Of a stretch of 64,000 nucleotides of DNA, positions 56,771 to 64,000 are shown piece after piece; the first letter of the stretch is position 1, and each line of letters starts with the position of its first letter. The translations under genes and the position numbers were made by a program. The stretch lies in assembly GCA_021295915.1 (NCBI GenBank), contig JAGWBK010000005.1:23251-87250 (forward strand). Reading direction: 5' to 3'. Source of the stretch: Dehalococcoidia bacterium (lineage in GTDB: Bacteria; Chloroflexota; Dehalococcoidia; Lucifugimonadales; UBA1123). The notes under the pieces are model-generated. The model was not told the origin of the DNA. It did not search any database and saw only the letters and a list, made by a program, of their open reading frames with translations.

Positions 56771-57769
56771 CTATCTCCTGGATCTGTACGTGGTGTTTTG
56801 CTCTTCTTCCTTCTGTCGAAGCGCGCCAAGCCTTTGGGCGAGTTTCTCACCCAGCATCGCGCTCGCTATGGATTCACCTGCGCTGGGTATCCGTACGCCT
56901 TCCTGTGGGACGACAGCGTCCGCCTCCCACCTCGCCCTGTGTTCCCAGGCGCTTACAAACCGCTCGATTAGCTCTTCGCTCCCGTCCTTGATCTCGTTTC
57001 TGAACTCGTACAACTCGAGGATTAACTGGTCTATCCAGTGTGCCAGCGCCTCCGGATCTGCCAGGGACATAGCCTCATTGTCCAGTGGATCGTTGGAGGC
57101 ATGCCTCCCAAACACCTCGAACTGAGACTCCGCAAGCATGTGCATCTCACGCCAACCGTCACTACCCGCGGTCGAGTTGACGAACGCTGACGACATAATG
57201 ACCGGAAGGTGGTGCATTGCCGCGGCATATGAATCATGCTCTGCGGGATCGAGGAACACCGGCTTGGCGCCGAGTGCCTCGATCAGTCCCACGACGGTCC
57301 TGATCGACTGCTCGTCCGAAGTCTCTGAGGGAGTGACAGTGTACCTTGCGCCGTTGAAGATCGACGGATCGGCCTCTTCGAGAGAATATGGAGTCGCCTT
57401 CAACAGTGGATGACCACCAACGAAGCTAGCGTCTGATGGCAGGTACTCGCTGGCCCACTTAATCACAGGGCCCTTGACGCTGACCGTATCGGTCACGACC
57501 GCACCAGGCTCAATTGATGGTCCGACCGCTTCCATCAGCTCATGTAGCTCGCCGAGCGGTGCGTCGAGTATCACGAGTTGGGCGGTCTCCACCGCTTGCC
57601 GAAGGCCGCCAATAGTCTTGTGAGCTGCATCCATCTTTGATACAGCAGACATGACAGCGCGGTCTCCTGACGTAATCACGACCTCGGTGTTGCTGAGTTT
57701 GCGCTTCATAAGGGACTGCCCGATTGAAACTCCAATCGGTCCGACTCCCACAATTGTTATTCGTTCCAA
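56771..57769 (-). CDS. tyrA: Prephenate (arogenate) dehydrogenase
   Basis: Rossmann N-terminus ITIVGVGPIGVSIG, DTVSVKG and GGHPL motifs. It is adjacent to aroA. Confidence 0.85.
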   Translation of the reverse strand: MERITIVGVGPIGVSIGQSLMKRKLSNTEVVITSGDRAVMSAVSKMDAAHKTIGGLRQAVETAQLVILDAPLGELHELMEAVGPSIEPGAVVTDTVSVKGPVIKWASEYLPSDASFVGGHPLLKATPYSLEEADPSIFNGARYTVTPSETSDEQSIRTVVGLIEALGAKPVFLDPAEHDSYAAAMHHLPVIMSSAFVNSTAGSDGWREMHMLAESQFEVFGRHASNDPLDNEAMSLADPEALAHWIDQLILELYEFRNEIKDGSEELIERFVSAWEHRARWEADAVVPQEGVRIPSAGESIASAMLGEKLAQRLGALRQKEEEQNTTYRSRR

Positions 57770-57819
57770 GATGACACCTCAACGTTCCGGTGTTAGCGTC
57801 CATCGTCGCTGATAGACTA

Positions 57820-58521
57820 TCACAGAAGGCTCGAACCTAGGATTATGTCTCCGAAGAGGTTTACTACTGGCCATATCACTGTTGAGAAGACGGGAATGCC
57901 GAAAACGATCCCGGCCAGAATCAGGATCAACAGAATTCCCGGACCGTACCTTTCGGTCTTGGCGTAGGCACTAGCCGCATCCTTCGGTAGCACCCCCAGC
58001 GCCACCTTGAATCCATCTAGCGGAGCGATGGGGAGCAGGTTGAATACGGCGAGTACCAGGTTCCATCTCACTAGAGATACGAGGGCGAACTCAATCAGGG
58101 CTCTGCCTTCGAACCTGCCGACAGTAAACTCCGGACCTGCCAGCCCCGCAACGTCAGCCCTAACTGCGATACCGAACACGGCGGCAGCTATGATGTTCGA
58201 TAGCGGCCCGGCCAGTGATACCATCGCCAGCCCAATTCGCTGCCCGATTCGCAGGAAGGTCGGACTGACCGGCACGGGCTTGCCCCAGCCGAAACCGGCT
58301 AGAAGGATAAGCACGCTGCCCAACGGGTCCAGGTGCCGTATAGGATTGAGCGAGAGTCGCCCCAGGTTGGCGGCTGTGCGGTCGCCGAGTGACGTCGCCA
58401 CATACGCATGGCTGAACTCGTGGACGGTAATCCCTATTACGAGCGAAGCGCACAGTGTAACGACCGTTATCAGACCCAGGAGCGGGTCTCTCTCGAACAG
58501 ATCGATCGACGAGATTAGCAA
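57820..58521 (-). CDS. M50-family site-2 protease-like membrane metalloprotease
   Basis: 233-aa polytopic ORF with the HExxH motif HEFSHAY and the second metal motif NLLPIAPLDG. Confidence 0.85.
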   Translation of the reverse strand: MLISSIDLFERDPLLGLITVVTLCASLVIGITVHEFSHAYVATSLGDRTAANLGRLSLNPIRHLDPLGSVLILLAGFGWGKPVPVSPTFLRIGQRIGLAMVSLAGPLSNIIAAAVFGIAVRADVAGLAGPEFTVGRFEGRALIEFALVSLVRWNLVLAVFNLLPIAPLDGFKVALGVLPKDAASAYAKTERYGPGILLILILAGIVFGIPVFSTVIWPVVNLFGDIILGSSLL

Positions 58522-58534
58522 CGTTTATCGAAAT

Positions 58535-58570
58535 CAAAAAAACGGAGCGAGTTGACCGCTCCGTTTTTCT
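58535..58570 (-). terminator. Rho-independent terminator (bidirectional geometry) after the IscA-like gene
   Basis: An 8-bp stem, ACGGAGCG (58542-58549) / CGCTCCGT (58557-58564), has a 7-nt loop and is flanked by A7 on one side and T5 on the other. Confidence 0.7.
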
Positions 58571-58596
58571 TTACTTGGTCTTAGTGGTATTTGGCC

Positions 58597-59016
58597 TTAG
58601 TGACCGCCGCATCCGCATCCGCCGCCACCTCCACCGCCGCAGCCACATCCGCCGCCGCCGCCGCCGCAAGCGCATCCGCCGCCGCCGCCACCGCAGCCGC
58701 ATCCGGCCTGGAAGTTCGGGTTACTGATCACGAACCCGCTCCTCATCAGCCCTTCCATATAGTCTATGGTCGAGCCGTCGAGCAGGGGTGCGCTGTCTGC
58801 GTCAACCAGCACCTGGATTTCGTGGGTGTCGATAACGAAGTCATTCTCAGCGGCCTCAGCTTCGACGCTGAGCATGTACTGAACGCCGCCTTGAGGACCG
58901 GGCATCACCATTACGCGGAGCAGCCCGTCGCCCTCACCCTCCTCCTGGAGGATATCCTGGAACTTCTGGGCGGCCAGTTCGCTGACCTCTAGTAGCTGAG
59001 TTGTCGCCACGTGCAT
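58597..59016 (-). CDS. HesB/IscA-family iron-sulfur cluster insertion-like protein with a Gly/Cys-repeat C-terminal tail
   Basis: The IscA fold pattern is LLRVMVMPG ... IDYMEGLMRSGFVISNPN followed by CGCG. The ATG at 59016 is preceded by GGAGG. The tail reads GCGCGGGGGGCACGGGGGGCGCGGGGGGGCGCGGH. Confidence 0.8.
   Translation of the reverse strand: MHVATTQLLEVSELAAQKFQDILQEEGEGDGLLRVMVMPGPQGGVQYMLSVEAEAAENDFVIDTHEIQVLVDADSAPLLDGSTIDYMEGLMRSGFVISNPNFQAGCGCGGGGGGCACGGGGGGCGCGGGGGGGCGCGGH
58600..58704 (-). repeat. GC-rich 27-nt-period codon repeat encoding (C-x-C-G6)n
   Basis: About 3.5 imperfect tandem units of GGC/GGT/GGA/TGC codons within the 3' end of the IscA-like CDS. Confidence 0.8.
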
Positions 59017-59099
59017 TACCTCCGCAATCCTAGCTCTTACGAGGAGTCTCCAATTGGCCGCAATGCTAGCATGGGCCCCCAAACCAGTCAAGGAAATCG

Positions 59100-59129
59100 T
59101 TGACTCCGGAATTTCTACTCCGCTATAAT
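59100..59129 (+). promoter_or_regulatory. Near-consensus sigma-70 promoter driving the 5S-like RNA
   Basis: TTGACT (59100-59105), an 18-nt spacer, then TATAAT (59124-59129). The predicted start site is a few nt before the first 5S-like base at 59141. Confidence 0.6.
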
Positions 59130-59140
59130 TTCGCCAACTA

Positions 59141-59237
59141 TCCTTGGTGGTTTGAGCGAGGCGGACCCACCCGTTCCCATCCCGAACACGGAAGTGAAAC
59201 GCTTCAGCGCCGACGATACTAGGCCACTGCCAGGGTG
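59141..59237 (+). rRNA. rrf: 5S rRNA-like gene, about 97 nt, apparently lacking helix IV/loop D
   Basis: The first 80 nt align without gaps to bacterial 5S (..CCCACCCGUUCCCAUCCCGAACACGGAAGUGAAACGC..AGCGCCGA.GAUACU). The 3' end, AGGCCACUGCCAGGG, matches the 5S 3' strand and pairs with the 5' CCUUGGUGG to form helix I. The roughly 24 nt normally between these segments are absent. Confidence 0.6.
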
Positions 59238-59459
59238 TTCCTCAAAAAAGGTCGGAGTTGACCGAAGACCTTGCGAAAATGGCAGTTCATACGTCGCTTT
59301 GCGCTGCCTGTTGCCCTCCAAAAATGGGTTTTCAGCCCATTCCCGCCATGATACAATCACGTCACTATTACTAAGAGGGGGAAAGTCGGGGCGGCGACTT
59401 CTACCAGATACTCACTGTCCAAGGGCCCTGCTCAGGGCGTTTTGTGCGATGGGCGCGGC

Positions 59460-59488
59460 TTTACCAGTCGAAAATCATTACATATAAT
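59460..59488 (+). promoter_or_regulatory. Candidate sigma-70 promoter for rpsA
   Basis: TTTACC (59460-59465), a 17-nt spacer, then TATAAT (59483-59488), 37 nt upstream of the rpsA ATG. Confidence 0.4.
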
Positions 59489-59524
59489 GAACCTACCTGA
59501 CTCTTTTACCGGAAAGTTGAACGA

Positions 59525-60700
59525 ATGACTACTGAACAAGAGCGAGAGCAAGTGGCCCCTGAAGAAGAAGATATGGGCCAGCTGCTCGATCAGATGATGG
59601 GGGAGATCAAGAATGTCCGCCGGGGCGACGTCGTTGAGGGCGTCGTGATGCGGGCAGACACCTCCGACGGCCTGTTTGTCAACATCGGACAGAAGGCCGA
59701 AGCCCATGTTCCCGCGAATGAGATGCGCACCATTGATACCACCGATATCGAAGGACTGGTGGGAGGGTCCATAATCGCAATGGTTGTTCGCCCTGAATCG
59801 GGCGACAATCCCGCGATACTGTCCGTGGATCGAGCTATTGGCGAGCAGGGCTGGCGCTACCTCGAGAAGGCGATGGATGCCGGAGAGGTTATCGAAGGCA
59901 GTATCGCCGGTTTCAACAGGGGTGGCTCAATCGTCGAAGTCGAAGGAGTCCAGGGCTTCGTACCCATGTCTCAGTTGGTTTCGGTACCCCGTGAGCGCTT
60001 CCGTATCTACCAGGAAGGCGGCGATGGCCTCTCCGAAGGAGAGACCGAGACCATTCAGGAGGCCCAGAACGCCGAAATCGGGCGCCAGATTCAGATGAAG
60101 GTTCTTGAAGTGAACCGGAGCCGGAATCGGGCCATCTTCTCCGAGCGGCAGGCCGTTCAGGAGTCGCGTGATGCTCGCAAGGCCAAGCTGATAGAAGAGC
60201 TTGAAGAAGGTCAGACCAGAAACGGTACCGTAACTGGCATCAGCAGCTTCGGCGCATTCGTCGACATTGGCGGCGCTGATGGGTTGATTCATATCTCAGA
60301 ACTCTCGTGGAGCATGGTCAACTCCCCCGAAGAAGTGGTGAGCGTCGGCCAGAAGGTCGACGTATACGTACTGCGGGTAGACGCCGAAAACATGAAGATC
60401 GCTCTCAGCCTCAGGCGGCTCCAGCCCGAGCCGTGGGAGACCATCCACGAGCGTCACAACATCGGCGATGTCGTAAATGCAACTGTGACCAAGTTGACCA
60501 ACTTCGGAGCCTTCGCGAGAGTTGAGGACTCCATTGAAGGTCTGATTCACATTTCCGAACTCTCAGCAAGGATGATTAATCACCCTCGGGAAGTTGTGAG
60601 GGAAGGTGAACAGGTAGAAGTCAAAATTCTGCGGATCGAGCCAGAACGTAGAAGGCTTGGACTCAGCCTCAAGCAGGCGAGTGAAGAGCGGTTCTTCTAA
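59525..60700 (+). CDS. rpsA: 30S ribosomal protein S1 (four S1 domains)
   Basis: 391-aa ORF with repeated S1-domain signatures (GDVVEGVV, G.IAGFNRGG, GTVTGISSFGAFVDIGGADGLIHISEL, ATVTKLTNFGAFARVEDSIEGLIHISEL). Confidence 0.93.
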   Translation: MTTEQEREQVAPEEEDMGQLLDQMMGEIKNVRRGDVVEGVVMRADTSDGLFVNIGQKAEAHVPANEMRTIDTTDIEGLVGGSIIAMVVRPESGDNPAILSVDRAIGEQGWRYLEKAMDAGEVIEGSIAGFNRGGSIVEVEGVQGFVPMSQLVSVPRERFRIYQEGGDGLSEGETETIQEAQNAEIGRQIQMKVLEVNRSRNRAIFSERQAVQESRDARKAKLIEELEEGQTRNGTVTGISSFGAFVDIGGADGLIHISELSWSMVNSPEEVVSVGQKVDVYVLRVDAENMKIALSLRRLQPEPWETIHERHNIGDVVNATVTKLTNFGAFARVEDSIEGLIHISELSARMINHPREVVREGEQVEVKILRIEPERRRLGLSLKQASEERFF

Positions 60701-60750
60701 CCCTGTACCCTTATCTGTCGAACTGACTTTCCCGACGAGGAGACGCTTCC

Positions 60751-63228
60751 ATGGCCAGCAGGTTTGAGAAATTCTCGGAAAAGGCACGTCGAGTCCTTTC
60801 CCTGGCACAAGAAGAGGCACAGCGGTTTAACCATACTTACATTGGTACCGAGCATATTCTTCTTGGCCTTGTCCGCGAGACAGATGGAGTCGCTGCCAAG
60901 GTGCTCAACAACCTTGGTGTGGAGCTCAGCAAGGTCCGATCTGCAGTCGAGTTCATCATCGGCAGGGGAGAGCGAACCCCTTCCGGTGAGATTGGACTCA
61001 CACCCAGGGCCAAGAAAGTCATTGAGCTGGCTGTCGACGAGGCCCGAAGGCTCAATCACAACTACATCGGCACCGAACACCTGTTGATCGGCCTGATGCG
61101 TGAGGGCGAGGGCGTCCCCGCAGGCGTGCTTGAGAGTCTCGGAGTCACCCTGGACAAGATTCGCGCCGAGACGAGTCGGATACTCAGTCAGAACGTCCAG
61201 CAGTCACAGAGCAGCGGCAGTGGAAGAGCAACTTCAAGAACGCCGACGCTCGACCAGCTCGGCATAGACCTCACCCAGGCTGCCCGCTCAGGCAAGCTTG
61301 ATGAGACCGTGGGTCGCGAGCGGGAGATTCAGCGCGTAACCCAGATTCTCAGCCGCAGGACGAAGAACAACCCGGTGCTCGTCGGCGAGCCTGGAGTTGG
61401 CAAGACTGCAATTGTCGAGGCGCTCGCACAGAGAATATCGAATAATGACGTTCCCAGCACACTTCAGGGCAGGCGACTCGTGACACTCGACATGGGTGCG
61501 CTGGTGGCGGGCACGAAGTATAGGGGCGAATTCGAAGAACGCCTAAAGAAGGTCGTTGAAGAGATCCGCAATGCAGGCAACTGCATCCTTTTCATAGACG
61601 AAGTCCATACTATGGTGGGTGCCGGGGCTGCCGAGGGCGCGGTCGACGCCGCGAACATCCTGAAGCCGTCGCTGGCACGCGGAGAGTTGCAGACAATCGG
61701 TGCAACGACCCTCGATGACTACCGGAAGTACGTGGAACGAGACCCCGCTCTCGAAAGACGATTCCAGCCCGTCAGGGTGGAAGAGCCTACTACTGAAGAG
61801 ACTGTCGACATCCTGCGCGGAGTCAAAAAGCACTACGAAGAGCACCATCAGCTCACAATAACCGATGAGGCTCTTCAGCAGGCGGCAGTACTGGCGTCCA
61901 GGTACATCTCAGATCGCTTCCTGCCCGATAAGGCTATCGACCTCATCGACGAGGCGTCCTCTCGTGTTCGCATCAATTTCAGCACCGCGCCACTGTCCGT
62001 GCAGGAAGTGACGAAGATGCTGGAGAGTGTCCGCAATGAGAAAGACGAGGCCATCGCGAGCAGGCAGTATGAGTACGCTGCCGAACTCCGGGACAGAGAG
62101 GCGAGCATCGCCGATAAACTCGATGAGCTCGAACAATCCTGGAAGGACGAGCAGTCCGATGAAGCTCCGAAGGTCACAGAGGAGGACATCGCCGAAGTAG
62201 TGAGCATGTGGACCTCAATCCCGGTCACTGGACTGGCTGCTGATGAGACCGAAAGACTCATCAACATGGAGGAAGTCCTCCATCAGAAGGTCATTGGGCA
62301 GGATGAGCCTATTACGATGATCTCCAAGGCGGTCCGCAGGGGACGCGCTGGTCTCAAGAACCCGAGACGCCCCACTGGCATATTCATGTTCCTGGGGCCG
62401 ACTGGCGTGGGTAAGACCCTGCTTGTCCGCAAACTCGCCGAGTTCCTGTTCGGTTCTGAGGATGCCCTTATTCGAATCGACATGTCTGAATTCATGGAGC
62501 GGCACTCGGTCGCCCGTCTGGTCGGTGCACCTCCGGGATACATCGGCTACGACGACGGCGGTCAGCTCACCGAGGCAGTCAGGCGCAAGTCTTATTGCGT
62601 CATTCTGCTCGACGAGATCGAGAAGGCGCACCCTGAGGTCTTCAACATCCTGCTCCAGATTTTCGACGACGGGCACCTGACCGACTCCAAGGGTCGCAAG
62701 GTGGACTTCCGCAACACTATCGTCGCCATGACCTCAAACATAGGCTCAGACTTAATCCGGCAGGACAGGTCCATCGGCTTCGCCGCCAGGTCAGGTCAGG
62801 GTCAGTCAGAGGACGAAGCCTACAATCGAATGAAGAACAACGTGCTGGACGAGGTAAAGCGGTTCTTCCGCCCTGAGTTCCTCAACAGGATCGACGGGAG
62901 CGTCGTGTTCCACTCCCTTAACCAGGACCACATGCACCAGATCATTCCAATCGAGCTTAGGGACGTAACGTCCAACCTGATCGAGAAGGGAATTAGCCTT
63001 GTCGTAACCGATGCGGCTAAGAACTGGCTGGTCGAGAAGGGTTATGATCCCGTTTTCGGCGCCCGCCCACTTCGCCGCGTTATCCAGGACCACGTTGAGG
63101 ACAAACTCTCTGACTCGATATTGGGTGGACGGCTGGGACCCGCTGATACTGCCATCATCGATGTTGATGACGAGGGAGAGATCGTCGTCAGGGCTGAGTC
63201 TCCAGCCTCGGTGGCGTCTCCGACCTAA
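60751..63228 (+). CDS. clpC: ATP-dependent Clp protease ATP-binding subunit ClpC
   Basis: 825-aa ORF with duplicated Clp_N repeats ([15 protein letters not shown] / [15 protein letters not shown]), two AAA+ modules ([17 protein letters not shown]), a UVR-like motif ([11 protein letters not shown]) and the ClpP-loop region. Confidence 0.95.
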   Translation: MASRFEKFSEKARRVLSLAQEEAQRFNHTYIGTEHILLGLVRETDGVAAKVLNNLGVELSKVRSAVEFIIGRGERTPSGEIGLTPRAKKVIELAVDEARRLNHNYIGTEHLLIGLMREGEGVPAGVLESLGVTLDKIRAETSRILSQNVQQSQSSGSGRATSRTPTLDQLGIDLTQAARSGKLDETVGREREIQRVTQILSRRTKNNPVLVGEPGVGKTAIVEALAQRISNNDVPSTLQGRRLVTLDMGALVAGTKYRGEFEERLKKVVEEIRNAGNCILFIDEVHTMVGAGAAEGAVDAANILKPSLARGELQTIGATTLDDYRKYVERDPALERRFQPVRVEEPTTEETVDILRGVKKHYEEHHQLTITDEALQQAAVLASRYISDRFLPDKAIDLIDEASSRVRINFSTAPLSVQEVTKMLESVRNEKDEAIASRQYEYAAELRDREASIADKLDELEQSWKDEQSDEAPKVTEEDIAEVVSMWTSIPVTGLAADETERLINMEEVLHQKVIGQDEPITMISKAVRRGRAGLKNPRRPTGIFMFLGPTGVGKTLLVRKLAEFLFGSEDALIRIDMSEFMERHSVARLVGAPPGYIGYDDGGQLTEAVRRKSYCVILLDEIEKAHPEVFNILLQIFDDGHLTDSKGRKVDFRNTIVAMTSNIGSDLIRQDRSIGFAARSGQGQSEDEAYNRMKNNVLDEVKRFFRPEFLNRIDGSVVFHSLNQDHMHQIIPIELRDVTSNLIEKGISLVVTDAAKNWLVEKGYDPVFGARPLRRVIQDHVEDKLSDSILGGRLGPADTAIIDVDDEGEIVVRAESPASVASPT

Positions 63229-63252
63229 GTCCGGCTACAACCGCAATCTGCT

Positions 63253-63285
63253 GAAGGTCTGGGAAGGAACTCCTCCCAGACCTTC
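63253..63285 (+). terminator. Strong hairpin downstream of clpC (no clear U-tract)
   Basis: A perfect 12-bp stem, GAAGGTCTGGGA (63253-63264) / TCCCAGACCTTC (63274-63285), has a 9-nt loop. The following sequence is not T-rich, so terminator function is uncertain. Confidence 0.4.
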
Positions 63286-63302
63286 ACTGTGTTAAGGGGA
63301 CA

Positions 63303-64000
63303 ATGGCAAGAAAGGCCAGATCGGTATTCGTGTGCTCTGCCTGCGGTGGCGAGTCCTCCCGTTGGGAGGGTCGCTGTTCGGCCTGCGGCGACTGGAATAC
63401 TCTGAATGAGGTAGCGCAGCCAGCAGCTCCCAGGCGTGGGACTTGGGCTGGTTCAACAGGAAGCGAACCTGTGCCTCTGCGTGAAGTGACGCTCCAGGAT
63501 CATCCAAGAACGACGTTCCAGTCATCGGAAGTAAATCGAGTCCTCGGTGGTGGACTGGTCCCGGGATCTGTGACTCTGGTTGCTGGCGACCCCGGTATCG
63601 GCAAGTCCACTCTGCTACTGGACGCCGCTGCCTACGCATCCGGGGAGTGCCCGGTCCTTTACGTCACCGGTGAAGAGTCCGCTCATCAGGTAAAGCTGCG
63701 TGCGGACCGACTCAAGATCGATGTTCCTGGTCTCTATCTTCTACCTGCGACTGGTCTGGCTGAGATCATGACGCACATGGACGGCCTGAAGCCTTCACTG
63801 GTCGTCATAGACTCTATCCAGACTGTCTTCGATGAAGAACTGCCGTCCGAAGCCGGGAGCATGGCGCAGATCAGGGAGTGCGCTCGCCGCCTCACACAGT
63901 GGGCCAAGGCGACTGCGACCTCAGTCATTATGACCGGGCATGTGACCAAGGGGGGAGAGATAGCCGGTCCGAGAGTCCTCGAACACGTCGTTGATGTCGT
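63303..64000 (+). CDS. radA: DNA repair protein RadA (5' part; runs off the window end)
   Basis: Hand translation from the ATG at 63303 gives MARKARSVFVCSACGGESSRWEGRCSACGDWNTLNE (RadA zinc finger), then Walker A (GDPGIGKSTLLL). No stop occurs before 64000. The ORF is absent from the track because it is open-ended. Confidence 0.9.
   Translation, partial: MARKARSVFVCSACGGESSRWEGRCSACGDWNTLNEVAQPAAPRRGTWAGSTGSEPVPLREVTLQDHPRTTFQSSEVNRVLGGGLVPGSVTLVAGDPGIGKSTLLLDAAAYASGECPVLYVTGEESAHQVKLRADRLKIDVPGLYLLPATGLAEIMTHMDGLKPSLVVIDSIQTVFDEELPSEAGSMAQIRECARRLTQWAKATATSVIMTGHVTKGGEIAGPRVLEHVVDV

Noticed and set aside
58591-58992. 133-aa plus-strand ORF beginning with poly-Ala/Ser (AAATSAAAAAASASAAAATAAAS).
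   Set aside because: It is the mirror image of the Gly/Cys codon repeat of the IscA-like gene on the minus strand. The minus-strand frame has the real fold motifs and a GGAGG RBS.
59115-59487. Two listed ORFs (59115-59360 minus, 59152-59487 plus) in the IscA/rpsA intergenic region.
   Set aside because: They overlap the 5S rRNA-like sequence and its promoter, have no RBS and show no protein-like composition. The region is better explained as RNA or regulatory sequence.

Overview
The window looks like a gene-dense chromosomal segment of a moderately GC-rich bacterium. It has about 50 CDS, short intergenic gaps, frequent 4-nt ATGA/TTGA stop/start overlaps and GGAGG-type ribosome-binding sites. 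I found no transposases, integrases, CRISPR arrays, prophage genes or tRNAs. Housekeeping genes are clear: dnaE, a phosphofructokinase, hpt, pepN-type M1 aminopeptidase, gmk-aroA-tyrA, rpsA, clpC, radA (3' partial), an RNB exoribonuclease and ogt. The rest is mostly catabolic: four luciferase-like (LLM) flavin/F420 oxidoreductases, CoA ligase/transferase/hydratase/thiolase genes, a gamma-glutamyltransferase next to an ATPase-less peptide ABC importer, a lactonase, an MFS transporter and an enolase-superfamily enzyme. By inference only, this gene content resembles marine Chloroflexota of the SAR202 type. Items most worth a second look: (1) An orphan 5S rRNA-like gene with a near-consensus promoter aligns base-for-base with bacterial 5S but lacks the roughly 24-nt helix IV/loop D hairpin. 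About 290 nt of unassigned, structured sequence follows it before rpsA. (2) An ADP-forming acyl-CoA synthetase is translationally coupled to three tandem CitE/HpcH-like lyase paralogs, and only the middle one keeps the canonical motifs. (3) A sigma-less partner-switching operon (STAS, REC-PP2C, RsbW-like kinase) is fused to a solute-binding protein and a HAMP histidine kinase. (4) An IscA/HesB-like protein lacks the first ligand Cys and carries a (Gly6-Cys-x-Cys) repeat tail. (5) A MoxR-DUF58-transglutaminase operon has ogt coupled to its end. (6) A perfect 16-bp palindrome abuts a consensus promoter upstream of the ABC importer. All functional calls rest on motif recognition by eye; no database search was run.
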